DNA of 64,000 nt from an uncultured Gammaproteobacteria bacterium (GTDB lineage Bacteria; Patescibacteriota; Patescibacteriia; UBA2196; GWA2-42-15): assembly GCA_964573135.1 (NCBI GenBank), contig CAZNIO010000003.1, forward strand, positions 10,881 through 74,880, read 5' to 3'. Positions 1 through 9,839 of this stretch are shown one piece after another. The translations under genes were made by a program, and so were the position numbers. Numbering within the stretch: position 1 is the first letter of the stretch; the number at the start of each line of letters is the position of its first letter. The notes under the pieces were generated by a model. It did no database searches. It worked only from the letters and a program-made list of their open reading frames with translations, and had not been told where the DNA came from.

Positions 1-684
1 TTTATCAACATTTTTAAGTTCTTTCTCCAGCCAATCAAGATCGCTTTGGACAAATGTTTCTCTGACTTTTCTTCGGCGAGATATATTAATAGCAACCTTT
101 AAAAAATCCCGTTCCTCTTTTTGTATAACGCTTATTTCACTGGGAGTAGATAGGTAAGTAAAAACTTCGGGGGTGGATAATTTTAAATTATTTTGCCTAA
201 TCTTATCTTGGACCATTTTAACAAGTGACTTAGTAACCCTCTCCTTATCGACATCAGCAATCCAGGTAACAGAGGGTCCAAGGCCGTGAGAAGCAGAATG
301 GTATTTTAGAGTTTTTTTAAATATTTTAACTAATTGTTGATTAGTCAACTTGGTTAGATTTAATTTTTTTAAGTACCTAGAATCCTTGAAGAACAGAGTG
401 GAGGTTGATTCTATTTTATCAATAACTTTTAGGGCCCAGGCTGGATTGGCTAACATTTTAGTAGCCATAAATTCTGATCCAGCATCTAACTCATGTCGCA
501 GAAAGCACATTTGAGAGAAGTCACCTTTGAATAGGGTGAAATATTGAGTGATTTTATCGCCAAAACCAAGTTTGCCCCATCGACGGAGCATATATATCAT
601 GGGCGGACCCATCATAAATAGGACATTTTGTGGTATGTCTTCAACGGCGACCCAACTGTTTTTTTGTCTTTGCTTGCTTGGCAT
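1..684 (-). CDS. PEP-utilising enzyme family protein (RPH/PpsA-like central-domain paralogue), N-terminal part only; C-terminus runs off the window start
   Basis: Minus-strand ORF with ATG at 682-684, open to position 1, so the track (complete ORFs only) omits it. N-terminus (MPSKQRQKNSWVAVEDIPQN...) parallels the N-terminus of the 511-aa protein at 1767..3302 (KYKWQVVAGDVNSP...). Separated from the upstream gene by an in-frame TAA plus one codon. Confidence 0.5.
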   Translation of the reverse strand, partial: MPSKQRQKNSWVAVEDIPQNVLFMMGPPMIYMLRRWGKLGFGDKITQYFTLFKGDFSQMCFLRHELDAGSEFMATKMLANPAWALKVIDKIESTSTLFFKDSRYLKKLNLTKLTNQQLVKIFKKTLKYHSASHGLGPSVTWIADVDKERVTKSLVKMVQDKIRQNNLKLSTPEVFTYLSTPSEISVIQKEERDFLKVAINISRRRKVRETFVQSDLDWLEKELKNVDK

Positions 685-687
685 AAA

Positions 688-1761
688 TTATATCTTCTTA
701 ACTATTCCCTTTTGCGCATCCACTTCTATTGTGTCGCCATCTTTAAAGACGCGAGTGGCAATTTTGGTACCAATAACACACGGGATATTGAGTTCACGAG
801 AAACAATGGCTGCATGACAAGTAATACCTCCTTCATCGGTAACAATGGCTTTGGCTTTTTTCATGGCTGGTAAAAAATCAGGTACGGTCATGGTAGTTAC
901 TAATATATTACCCTGGTTAAAGCTGGCTACTTCATCGGCATTAAATATGGCCTGCACTTGTCCTTGAATCTTTCCTCCTTGGCAAGCGACTTGCCCTTTA
1001 GCTTCTGAGATATCGATTTTAATTTCTAAATCATCATATTGAAAGTTATTTTCTCTTAAAAATTCGGCAAAATCTTTATCCTCCATTAAATCTCCTTGAA
1101 AGAAAAGATAACCACGCAACCTGGCCTTAAGCCGTTCAAGATCAATTGTCGTGTTGCCTGACATCATCGCTTTTAGCTCTTCAAACCCCACCACTCTGAC
1201 AAATTTCTTGTCTATATTATTCTGCTCCAGTAATATTTCAATTAAATTGCGCCAATAAGTGTCAATTATCTCAAATTTGCCTTCTGAAAAAACACGTGCT
1301 TGATACCACCTTTGGCACAATTCTTCTGCCACTTCGGGGTATAGTTTGAAAAACTCATCTCGCCATCTACTGGGTAGCATATTGGCGAAAACAACCCAGG
1401 GGAAAAATATTTTTAATAATCTAATTGATTCATCAAAGTTATCAATCATAGCCTGTAAGTTGCCCTGCTCTACTTTTTTAATCAAATTTACTACTTGGTC
1501 AGTAATAAGCTTAAATTGTTGCAAAGATTCCTTGGAAAAAATGGGGTCACTAAAGCCCTTCTTGGAAATATATTTTTTAACTTTTTCCATCTCATCAATA
1601 TCTCGATATATTTCGACGGCTCGACCGTTAAATCTGGTAATTTGCTTATGAATACCCATGCCAAACTCTCGCTCAAAATCCTCAGACACTAAAATATGCC
1701 AAAGACCGACCATGCTTAAAGTGACATCCCGAGTAAAGTATAGTTCAATTTTTTGATTCAT
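688..1761 (-). CDS. PEP-utilising enzyme mobile-domain (phosphohistidine swivel) protein, shorter paralogue lacking an ATP-binding domain
   Basis: C-terminal ...VTDEGGITCHAAIVSRELNIPCVIGTK... matches the PEP-utilizers swivel His motif. The central region parallels the C-terminal two-thirds of the 1767..3302 protein. Confidence 0.7.
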   Translation of the reverse strand: MNQKIELYFTRDVTLSMVGLWHILVSEDFEREFGMGIHKQITRFNGRAVEIYRDIDEMEKVKKYISKKGFSDPIFSKESLQQFKLITDQVVNLIKKVEQGNLQAMIDNFDESIRLLKIFFPWVVFANMLPSRWRDEFFKLYPEVAEELCQRWYQARVFSEGKFEIIDTYWRNLIEILLEQNNIDKKFVRVVGFEELKAMMSGNTTIDLERLKARLRGYLFFQGDLMEDKDFAEFLRENNFQYDDLEIKIDISEAKGQVACQGGKIQGQVQAIFNADEVASFNQGNILVTTMTVPDFLPAMKKAKAIVTDEGGITCHAAIVSRELNIPCVIGTKIATRVFKDGDTIEVDAQKGIVKKI

Positions 1762-1766
1762 ATATG

Positions 1767-3302
1767 CTAAATTAACTTTTTAACTAACCCCTGAGTAGCA
1801 TCGACTGCTACCTTGTCACCATCTTTGAGGACTTGGGTGGCGATTTTAGTACCAATCACACAAGGAATATTGAGCTCACGAGAGACAATTGAAGCATGGC
1901 AGGTTAGACCACCTTCATCGGTGACAATGGCAGAGGCCTTTTTCATGGCAGCTACTATTTGTGGAGTGGTGGCTTGAGAAACCAAAATATCACCATGCTT
2001 CATTTTAGACATATTAGAAGCCATATTAACAATTTTAACGGTGCCTTTGGCTTTGCCAGGGCAAGCAGAGTCCCCTTGGAGTTGTTTAATTTTTCTGGCA
2101 CCTGCGGTATTTTTTTCTTTGGTTACTTTTTTGTTATACCAGTCATGTGCTTCTTGTCCGGTTAAAATTGTAATGGTGCCATTGTCGTTGGGCAAACAGA
2201 TATGAAACTTATATATCTCATTTAAATAATGAATATCAAGATTATACTTATTAAGAAGAGCTTTTTCAATTAGATCAAAAGGAGTGGATCTAACTTGATT
2301 AAGTGAAAGATGCAAGCGTCTACCTATTTCACGCAAAAACTTTTCTGCATGATAATATGACTTACTTTGATAGTCTTTTCTTCTGGGTTTTCCCCAGACT
2401 AATTTACCGGCTAAAAGTAAGATTTTTCGATTAAAAATATCTGGTTTTAATTCTTTGAGATATTTCTGCTTGAGTTGCTTGGTTTTATCTCGCTTGGCTT
2501 TAAGGTTTTTGAGTTTTTTACTTGGAGAAAGATTGTCCTTTAAATGGTTTTGTACGAACTCAAGGTAGTTGCTTTCATCAAAGGCAGGGCCAGCATAGGC
2601 ATAATATACCCAGGCATATTTTTGAGTGTGTTTTTGTAGTTGTTTATAGAATACGGGGTATTGAATTTTTAAATTATGTATATCAATTTTTTTAAGATCC
2701 CTAATCAGCTTTTTATTGCTATATGATTTATCAATAAGCTTGAGTAATCCTTCTTCTTGCTCTGAGGCAAATGACTTGTGTAAAGGAGAAGTAAAAACTT
2801 CAAAGTATTTATGATAATCTTTTTTGGATGTATTTTTTTCTAAGAATTTTTTCAAATTCTTTTCAACAAATGAAAAGTCTTGAAAATCTAAGATAGGCAA
2901 AGCAACACCATAAGCGTATAAAGTGCTTTGTTTGTCACAAAAACTTCTAAGGATTGATATAAGCTGCTTGGGGGTGGATTTGGTTAAATCTTTGTTCCAT
3001 ATATTCTTATATGTCCAAGCATTAAACTCTTGGCCAATCTTTTCGGTTTTGTCAATGATATTTTCAATAAAGTCATTGTTTTTTTCAACCTTGCTTTTGA
3101 GTTGGTTGTAAGTATCAACCCAGGTTTTTAAATCAGTCAAATATTTCATATCTTTATCCCAAGCAACAGTAGCCATTAAGGGGCGCGATACTTTGAATAT
3201 CTGGTGATACTTAAAAAAAGCGCTAACCCAAATCTGGTTGCGGAAAAATGGTGAATTAACATCACCGGCAACAACTTGCCATTTGTATTTCTTGTAGGAC
3301 AT
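1767..3302 (-). CDS. Rifampin-phosphotransferase/PEP-synthase-like protein, central domain + C-terminal phosphohistidine swivel domain
   Basis: C-terminal ...TDEGGLTCHASIVSRELNIPCVIGTK... swivel motif, 511 aa. Lies in-frame with and 3 nt downstream of the ATP-binding-domain ORF. Confidence 0.75.
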   Translation of the reverse strand: MSYKKYKWQVVAGDVNSPFFRNQIWVSAFFKYHQIFKVSRPLMATVAWDKDMKYLTDLKTWVDTYNQLKSKVEKNNDFIENIIDKTEKIGQEFNAWTYKNIWNKDLTKSTPKQLISILRSFCDKQSTLYAYGVALPILDFQDFSFVEKNLKKFLEKNTSKKDYHKYFEVFTSPLHKSFASEQEEGLLKLIDKSYSNKKLIRDLKKIDIHNLKIQYPVFYKQLQKHTQKYAWVYYAYAGPAFDESNYLEFVQNHLKDNLSPSKKLKNLKAKRDKTKQLKQKYLKELKPDIFNRKILLLAGKLVWGKPRRKDYQSKSYYHAEKFLREIGRRLHLSLNQVRSTPFDLIEKALLNKYNLDIHYLNEIYKFHICLPNDNGTITILTGQEAHDWYNKKVTKEKNTAGARKIKQLQGDSACPGKAKGTVKIVNMASNMSKMKHGDILVSQATTPQIVAAMKKASAIVTDEGGLTCHASIVSRELNIPCVIGTKIATQVLKDGDKVAVDATQGLVKKLI

Positions 3303-3305
3303 GTG

Positions 3306-4244
3306 TTAAAGAGTGGTTATGGGTCGACTTTGGGTAATGTACAGTTTGCCTCCAACCTCAGCCCATTCAATATCACAGGGGAATTTATAGTGCTTCTCGA
3401 TGTGGCCACATAGCTGAGCGAGCTCAATAATTTTTTTACCCATCAATTTTTGCTGCTCTTGTTTACTTTTTGGGACATTTATAGTTTTGGTAGCTTTACC
3501 CACTTTGGTAATCATTTTTTCTTGCTTGGCAATATTAATATCCATGATAGACCAATCACGCTTGTCAATAACATAAGAGTCGGGGGTAACCTGGCCCGAA
3601 ACGATGGCCTCACCCAGCCCCCAGCCGGCCTCAATAATCATTTGATTTTTGTCTTGAGTGACCGGATGAACGGTAAAGGTAATACCGGAAACTTCAGACT
3701 GAATCATGGCCTGGATAACAACGGCTACTGATACATGTGACTTGAGCATTTTTTTTTCATGGCGATAGAAAATAGCGCGTGGAGTAAAAAGAGATGACCA
3801 GCATTTTTTGACATTGTTAATGAGTTCTTTTTCTGAAGTGTTTAAATATGTTTCCAGCTCCCCTGCCCAAGAGGCTGTGCTTGAATCTTCGGCAGTAGCT
3901 GAACTTCTAACAGCGACTAACGGTGTTTTTAATTTTTTAAACTCGCTGGTAATTTCTTGAGCTAAGTCCTCCGGGAATGCAGTTTTGTCAATCATGTCGC
4001 GAATAACATTCGAATACCTATCAACTGAATTGATATCTTGGTAATTGACATTAGCGAGTTGGGCGCTGATGTCTTGTTTTAAATCAGTTTCTTCTAAAAA
4101 TCTATCAAAGGCATGCGAGGTGAATACAAAGCCAGGCGGGACTGGGATTTTGGCGTTTGTCATTTCACCGAGTGACGCCCCTTTACCCCCAGCTAAGAGT
4201 ACATCTTTTTTGGTAATTTGCTTAAAAGTTCTAGTATATGACAT
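3306..4244 (-). CDS. PEP synthase/PPDK N-terminal ATP-binding (ATP-grasp) domain protein
   Basis: N-terminal ...KKDVLLAGGKGASLGEMTNAKIPVPPGFVFTSHAFDRF... is the classic PPDK_N nucleotide-binding signature. 312 aa equals the N-terminal module of RPH/PpsA. Confidence 0.75.
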   Translation of the reverse strand: MSYTRTFKQITKKDVLLAGGKGASLGEMTNAKIPVPPGFVFTSHAFDRFLEETDLKQDISAQLANVNYQDINSVDRYSNVIRDMIDKTAFPEDLAQEITSEFKKLKTPLVAVRSSATAEDSSTASWAGELETYLNTSEKELINNVKKCWSSLFTPRAIFYRHEKKMLKSHVSVAVVIQAMIQSEVSGITFTVHPVTQDKNQMIIEAGWGLGEAIVSGQVTPDSYVIDKRDWSIMDINIAKQEKMITKVGKATKTINVPKSKQEQQKLMGKKIIELAQLCGHIEKHYKFPCDIEWAEVGGKLYITQSRPITTL

Positions 4245-4305
4245 GCGATTATTAATTAATTGATTATGTATATAATTTTAGCAAATTTAGGTCTAAAAGT
4301 GAAAA

Positions 4306-4332
4306 AACCCAGTTCATTGTGAACTGGGTTTT
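4306..4332. terminator. Bidirectional intrinsic terminator hairpin (CCCAGTTCA/TGAACTGGG) flanked by A- and T-runs
   Basis: Perfect 9-bp stem with loop ttg and AAAAAA upstream/TTTT downstream. Sits between the lipoprotein gene end and the PPDK_N gene start. Confidence 0.6.
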
Positions 4333-4363
4333 GAGCTATATTAATAGAGAGTTATTAAACATG

Positions 4364-5899
4364 TTAGTTACATGAGCCAGCAGATACAGCGTCTCCAGTG
4401 GCTTGTGCTGATAGAGCATTTTCACAGCCAGCAACATCATTATATTGACAGAAGTTCGTTTTAACAGTTTCTGCATCAATACCATTAAACTTGTACTTAT
4501 TATTAACCATCCAAGTAGGACTGGCTCCTATGCCCAAAGATTCTGCAAGCTTTATACTTTCTGAATGTAACGCTTGCCCTTCACTTGAGTTAAAACAAGT
4601 TTTAACTTTTGGAAAATTAACTGCGCAAGATGAATAGTCTCCCTGAATATCTTTGTTCCTACACCAAATGTAGTCCATATAGTTAGTAGGGTAGTGCTTG
4701 ATAGCACAAAGCTCTCTGATATTTTCATCAACTTCAGGCTGACCATGCAAAGAATTGAAAGTACCATCTGGGTTTTCTGAAGCAATGTAATTTATATGAA
4801 AATCCATATTATTGCCAAAGTTGTCTAAAACTTCTTCCATGGCGTCTAAGGCTTTTGTACCATAAGGACATTGGCTCATTACAAATACATCAAGTTGCTT
4901 GGCTACTTCCTCTCGACAAATAAGGTTGCCTGTGCAATCAGTGTCATCACAATCAGTAAGACCATTGCCTGTATCATCAGTATTGTTATCGCAAATTTCC
5001 TTTGTGGGGTTGTGAGTTGCACCAATTGCGAGTGTAAACATACCATTAACTTCTTTGAGATAGCGTTCAACTTGTGAAAAATTATCTGTATCTTTAACAT
5101 CACTTTCTAAAAGAACTGCTGGGAGCTGAGTTAATTCATTTTCTTCATAAAATTTCTTGCCTTTCTTTGAAGTATAGTCTAATTCTTCAAATTCAATACC
5201 AGAAAAAGTATTTTTAAGTTGCTCTTGTAATTGAATTGTGTCACACTCTGGCTTGGTACAACGAGAGTCATTTACAATATATGCAGTAAACTTTTTATCT
5301 TGTGGTAAATCCTTACATTTCGCCGGCTTATCATCAGTAGCTTCACAAATCTTTCTTTGCAATCCAATTTCTGTACGCGGACCAGTATATAGCTCATCTG
5401 CCATGTAAAAAGTTGGGCTACCAGATGCTTGAACTTCATTTGATTTTAGAATGCTGGTGGAAAAGAGATTTTTGCCCTCGTCACCTTCGGCACAAGTTTT
5501 AATTGTGTTGTAATCAACTCCATTCTCATTGGAGCATGACTCAAAGCTTGATTTTAAATCTTGATAGTTCTTGTTTTGGCAACTTACATAATCCCAAAAT
5601 TTATCTGAAAAATGCTCTTTAACACAAAGCTGGTAGATATTACCCTCAACTTCTGGCTCGCCGTGGAGAGATTGAAAAGTGCCGTCATTATTGTCAGTAG
5701 CAATATATTCAACATTAAAATTAACATAGTCAGTGAAATCTCCCATTATCTTATAGACTAAATCTTCGGCCTGGGAACCATAAGGACATTGGCTCATAAC
5801 ATACAAGTCAAAATTAATAGGATCTCCAGATACTTTCTTGATACAACCGGTAGTTACAAAGGCTAATAAAAGCAGAGATAAAATAACAATTTTTTTCAT
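4364..5899 (-). CDS. Cys-rich secreted lipoprotein with two tandem thiol-reductase-like (GILT-like) repeats
   Basis: Lipoprotein signal MKKIVILSLLLLAFVTTGC. Two internal repeats (YVMSQCPYGSQAEDLVYKIMGDF... / VFVMSQCPYGTKALDAMEEVLDNF...), each with ...SLHG(E/Q)PEV(E/D)xNI..LC... resembling GILT-family signatures. More than 30 Cys. Confidence 0.55.
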   Translation of the reverse strand: MKKIVILSLLLLAFVTTGCIKKVSGDPINFDLYVMSQCPYGSQAEDLVYKIMGDFTDYVNFNVEYIATDNNDGTFQSLHGEPEVEGNIYQLCVKEHFSDKFWDYVSCQNKNYQDLKSSFESCSNENGVDYNTIKTCAEGDEGKNLFSTSILKSNEVQASGSPTFYMADELYTGPRTEIGLQRKICEATDDKPAKCKDLPQDKKFTAYIVNDSRCTKPECDTIQLQEQLKNTFSGIEFEELDYTSKKGKKFYEENELTQLPAVLLESDVKDTDNFSQVERYLKEVNGMFTLAIGATHNPTKEICDNNTDDTGNGLTDCDDTDCTGNLICREEVAKQLDVFVMSQCPYGTKALDAMEEVLDNFGNNMDFHINYIASENPDGTFNSLHGQPEVDENIRELCAIKHYPTNYMDYIWCRNKDIQGDYSSCAVNFPKVKTCFNSSEGQALHSESIKLAESLGIGASPTWMVNNKYKFNGIDAETVKTNFCQYNDVAGCENALSAQATGDAVSAGSCN

Positions 5900-6034
5900 A
5901 TTTATACAAGGTTAATTAATATATAGAGGTATTTAACATTTCTTTAGGTTAACATTTATGGTAAAAAATGGCAAATATAAGAGAGATGGGCTAAAAGCCA
6001 TCTCTATATAGCTAAATTGATACTAATTATTGCC

Positions 6035-7618
6035 CTAAGATTCGAGGATTTTATGTAAATCAATGCCAATCATTTTTTCTGACTTTTCCAAGCCAAGCAT
6101 AGATAGTACGGTGGGGGCAATATCAACTAAAGCGCCTTTTATTTTGGCGGTATGTAACTCTCGGTTTGTGTGAGGAGTAAATTTCCCCTTATATTCATCT
6201 TTGACAAGAATGGCAGGTACGGGAAAATTGCTGTGTTCTTTGTCAATTTGACCTGTTTCTACATTAATGACCTCTTCAACATTGCCGTGGTCGGCAGTAA
6301 TTAATACTTGACCACCTTTTCTAAGCGCAGCTTCAGTAATCTCTGATAAACATTTGTCGGTTGCTTCAAGGGCTTGCTTGCAAGCCTCAAGATTGCCAGT
6401 ATGGCCGACCATATCAGGGTTGGCAATATTGGCAACGATAAAATCAAATTCATTCTTACCTAAAACTGAAAGAATATTGTATTTAATATCTTCAACAGCC
6501 ATGGCCGGTTGCTGATCATAGCTTTCGACTGCAGGAGAAGGAATAAGCAGATGCTCTTCTCCTGGATAAGGATCCTCTTTAAGCCCATTTAAGAAAAAAG
6601 TGACATGAGCATATTTTTCGGTTTCAGCAATATGGAATTGTTTTAGATTATTATCTGAAAGTATTTTAGCCAAAGGGTTATCAATAACAAGCTTGGGGAA
6701 AGCGACTTCAATGGGCAAACTCTTTTCATAAAGAGAAAAGCCAGTAAATAGTAAATTATTAATCTTTTTACCTCGATCAAAATATTTGAAAGAATCTGCA
6801 ACAAAACTTTGAGTTAGCTGACGAGCGCGATCAGAACGGAAGTTGAAAAAAATTACGGCATCGTTGTCTTGAATTTTTCCAACTGGCTTGCCTTGGCGCA
6901 AAACAGCAACTGGTTTGAATTCTTCATCATATATCTTTTGGCTATATGAGCTTTGCAGGGTTTGAATGGGATTTTCACAATTAGCGGCGGCTTTGCCAGT
7001 CATAGCATCATATGACAATTTTACTCTATCCCAGTTGTTATTTCTGTCCATACCAAAATATCTGCCAGAAAGACTGGCTATTTGTCCACAGCCAAGTTTA
7101 TTTATCTCTTGTTCAAGCTTTTCTAAAAACTCGACTCCCTTGTCGCGCTTGGTATCACGTCCATCAAGAAAAAGGTGAAGGAAGGTATTATTATTAAGTT
7201 TATTTTGGGTAGATAGCTCAAGTAAGGCTGAGAGATGATTGGAGTGAGAATGCACACCACCGTCGCCAAGAAGACCCACAAGATGTAAATTTGATTTGTT
7301 GTTCTTAACGTGATTAATGGCTTTAAGAAAAGCAGGGTTTTCAAAAAAAGCTCCGCTGGATATTTGTTTATTTATTTTGTCTAGGCTTTGGAGAAAAATT
7401 TGACCAGAGCCGATGGTCAAATGACCAACTTCAGAATTGCCCATTTTGCCCCAAGGCAAACCAACGGCGGGGCCAGAGGCCTGCAGCAAAGTAGCGGGAT
7501 AATTTTGTAATAAATAATCCCAATATGGTAAATTGGCGCTGGTTATGGCGTTGCCGACAGTAGGGGCAGCGACTCCCCAACCGTCAAGGATAACCAGAAG
7601 AACTGGCTTAGAATTCAT
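6035..7618 (-). CDS. gpmI: 2,3-bisphosphoglycerate-independent phosphoglycerate mutase
   Basis: Motifs VILDGWG, GNSEVGHLTIGSG, HLVGLLGDGGVHSH, ADHGN. Start placed at the internal ATG 7616-7618 (MNSKPVLLVILDGWG) because the Ser-rich 42-aa extension of the track ORF (to 7744) is unlike iPGM N-termini. Alternative start 7744. Confidence 0.85.
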   Translation of the reverse strand: MNSKPVLLVILDGWGVAAPTVGNAITSANLPYWDYLLQNYPATLLQASGPAVGLPWGKMGNSEVGHLTIGSGQIFLQSLDKINKQISSGAFFENPAFLKAINHVKNNKSNLHLVGLLGDGGVHSHSNHLSALLELSTQNKLNNNTFLHLFLDGRDTKRDKGVEFLEKLEQEINKLGCGQIASLSGRYFGMDRNNNWDRVKLSYDAMTGKAAANCENPIQTLQSSYSQKIYDEEFKPVAVLRQGKPVGKIQDNDAVIFFNFRSDRARQLTQSFVADSFKYFDRGKKINNLLFTGFSLYEKSLPIEVAFPKLVIDNPLAKILSDNNLKQFHIAETEKYAHVTFFLNGLKEDPYPGEEHLLIPSPAVESYDQQPAMAVEDIKYNILSVLGKNEFDFIVANIANPDMVGHTGNLEACKQALEATDKCLSEITEAALRKGGQVLITADHGNVEEVINVETGQIDKEHSNFPVPAILVKDEYKGKFTPHTNRELHTAKIKGALVDIAPTVLSMLGLEKSEKMIGIDLHKILES

Positions 7619-7868
7619 AAGTATGGTCGATGGGTTGTCCGTCGATAATTTGCTTGACCTTATTATCCATAATGGCATCGTATTCTTGAATGGAGCGCAA
7701 ATATTGCTCAGACTTGATGTCGTCTTGCTTTTTTTCGAGTTCAATAACTTTCTGATTGCGCTGATAGAGAATATCGGTGATGGTCAGAATTACCTTTTCC
7801 TTGTTCTCTTCTGGAACTTGTTTTTCTTCCAAGTATTCTTCAATTGTTTTTTGGCTTGGATTGTCCAT
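7608..7868 (-). CDS. Hypothetical small charged protein (86 aa)
   Basis: ORF between the AMP phosphorylase and gpmI genes, same strand, 11-nt overlap with the gpmI start. Coiled-coil-like charged composition. No recognisable family. Confidence 0.4.
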   Translation of the reverse strand: MDNPSQKTIEEYLEEKQVPEENKEKVILTITDILYQRNQKVIELEKKQDDIKSEQYLRSIQEYDAIMDNKVKQIIDGQPIDHTYEF

Positions 7869-7883
7869 AAAAATATATGACCT

Positions 7884-9380
7884 TTATTTAATACAAATAA
7901 TAGTATTGTTTTTGGTGGCCAGGCGGCCTAAATCAAGGCGGCTCTGATTTTCTCCATAAAGCGTATAGAGTTTCTGCCCCTTGATGATTTTATCGCCAAG
8001 GCGACAGTGCATGTGAATGCCAGCCAACTTTTCATGAGGAGCACCAAGATTGAAGCAAATTTCCACAATAGCTTTATTATCAATATGTTTAACTTTACCA
8101 CTCTTTTTTGAATGAATTTCATAACGCAAAGCGCCTAAAGCAACGGCGTCTGCTTTAATTGTGCCCTTGCCACCTTGAGCACGGATAATTTCAGCCATTT
8201 TCTTGGCAGCAACACCAGCCTCAATTTGATGCCTGGCAATATTTGTACCCCGTCCTTTTGGACAAAAACCTTTAAGTTCTAAAAGTTGCCCTGCAAGATG
8301 AATGGCTTTTTCCTCAAGATCTTTTGGTCTAAGCTCGTGCCTTTGTAATACACGCAAGACATCCCTGGCTTCAAGGGCAGGGCCAACACCGGCGCCAACT
8401 GGCTGATCGGCCTTAGTGGTAACCACTTTAACCTTTATCTTAAACATTTTGCCAAGAGCGATAAATTTCTTGGCTATACTTTTGGCGGTTTTTAAACTGT
8501 GAACTTTGGCGGTTTCTCCGTAAGGTAAATCAATAATTAAGTAATCAACGCCCATGGCAACTTTCTTGGCCATAATGGAAACGATCATCTTATCATAGGT
8601 TTCTAAAGATAGGGGTTTTTCAACATGGATAATTTTGTCATCAGCCGGCGCCATATTGATTCCCCCTCCCCAGACAAGACAGGCGTGAGTTTTTTTAACT
8701 ATTTTATTAATCTTATCGACGGAATGTTCAACAGGTGCTAAAACTTCCATGGTATCGGCTGTGCCAGCTGGAGAGGTGATAGCGCGTGATGAAGTTTTGG
8801 GGATGTAGAGACCGAGAGAGGCAATAATAGGGATAACAATCATGGTGGTGCGATTGCCAGGAATACCACCAATTGAATGTTTATCAACTACCTTTATTTT
8901 CATATTCATTTTGTCGCCACATTCAGCCATGGCGCGAGTCATATAATAGAGTTCTTTTAAGGGATATGGTTTTATAAAACCAGAAGCAACATAATAAGTG
9001 GTTTCGATTTTACCCAATTTACCGGTAGAAATATCGTGCATGATAGAAAAAATTTCATCATAACTTAAATCATGACCCAATAGCTTTTTATTAATAGCTT
9101 TAACTGATTCGGGCCGGGATTGTAAGATAACTTCAACAATATCCTGATCATCAATTGATTTTTTTTGCCAAACTTCTTTAAAAAGACCAACTTGGCCAAA
9201 GTTAACTTTACTGTTGGTATATTGGACTATGGCGGTAATTGATTTTTTACGACTCCATTTCAGAAGGACTCGGTCGCCTGGCATAATACCCTGACTGTCA
9301 GCTTCCTTTTCGCGCAAAACTATGATGGGATCACCACCAGAAGAAAAGTCTAATTTTTTTGATTTATAAAAAATTTTCAT
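7884..9380 (-). CDS. AMP phosphorylase (thymidine phosphorylase family, archaeal-type)
   Basis: 498 aa with an N-terminal extension and glycosyltransferase family 3 / pyrimidine-nucleoside phosphorylase core (KVVDKHSIGGIPGNRTT...). Operonic with RuBisCO and R15P isomerase. Confidence 0.8.
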   Translation of the reverse strand: MKIFYKSKKLDFSSGGDPIIVLREKEADSQGIMPGDRVLLKWSRKKSITAIVQYTNSKVNFGQVGLFKEVWQKKSIDDQDIVEVILQSRPESVKAINKKLLGHDLSYDEIFSIMHDISTGKLGKIETTYYVASGFIKPYPLKELYYMTRAMAECGDKMNMKIKVVDKHSIGGIPGNRTTMIVIPIIASLGLYIPKTSSRAITSPAGTADTMEVLAPVEHSVDKINKIVKKTHACLVWGGGINMAPADDKIIHVEKPLSLETYDKMIVSIMAKKVAMGVDYLIIDLPYGETAKVHSLKTAKSIAKKFIALGKMFKIKVKVVTTKADQPVGAGVGPALEARDVLRVLQRHELRPKDLEEKAIHLAGQLLELKGFCPKGRGTNIARHQIEAGVAAKKMAEIIRAQGGKGTIKADAVALGALRYEIHSKKSGKVKHIDNKAIVEICFNLGAPHEKLAGIHMHCRLGDKIIKGQKLYTLYGENQSRLDLGRLATKNNTIICIK

Positions 9381-9811
9381 AAAATACTATTTAAAACAAG
9401 TGATATACACAATCCGAAAATAAATCCACTTATAATCTCAAAATATGTATGTCCACTAATATCCAATAATCTACCATCTTTAAAAACTCGCTTAACACCT
9501 TTAATACCACTTTTGACCCATGATTGCTGTTCTATTTCCTGTTTTTCTCTATCTTCTAAGAGATTGTAGATAAAAAGAAGCATAACAGTAAAACAAAAAC
9601 TAAAAATTGAGCTAAGGCCATAATCACACCAAATGAGATATAGAACGCCTGTCAATACAGCGGTGTGTGTACTGGGAGCACCACCAGCCCATTGATAAAC
9701 CCAAGTGGCTGTACGTAGCTTTTTCTTTCGTCGATTGGCTAATAATCTAACAATGAATTTCAATGATTGACTCAAAAACCAAATAATAACAGGAAATAGA
9801 ATAAACTTCAT
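9377..9811 (-). CDS. Divergent PAP2-family membrane protein
   Basis: Motifs WAGGAPSTHTA and SGHTYFE resemble divergent PAP2 (acid phosphatase/haloperoxidase-related). Four predicted TM segments. 4-nt overlap with the AMP phosphorylase start. Confidence 0.6.
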   Translation of the reverse strand: MKFILFPVIIWFLSQSLKFIVRLLANRRKKKLRTATWVYQWAGGAPSTHTAVLTGVLYLIWCDYGLSSIFSFCFTVMLLFIYNLLEDREKQEIEQQSWVKSGIKGVKRVFKDGRLLDISGHTYFEIISGFIFGLCISLVLNSIL

Positions 9812-9839
9812 AAATAGTTAGACTAAACTGATAATCATT

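Noticed and set aside
548-873. Plus-strand ORFs 548..817 and 628..873 from the track
   Set aside because: They lie antisense inside the PEP-utilising-enzyme gene 688..1761 and the partial gene 1..684, and have hydrophobic low-complexity translations. Shadow ORFs.
7619-7744. 42-codon N-terminal extension of gpmI in the track ORF
   Set aside because: Ser-rich and unlike iPGM N-termini. An internal ATG sits immediately before the conserved LLVILDGWG block and overlaps the stop of the 86-aa ORF in the usual coupled fashion.
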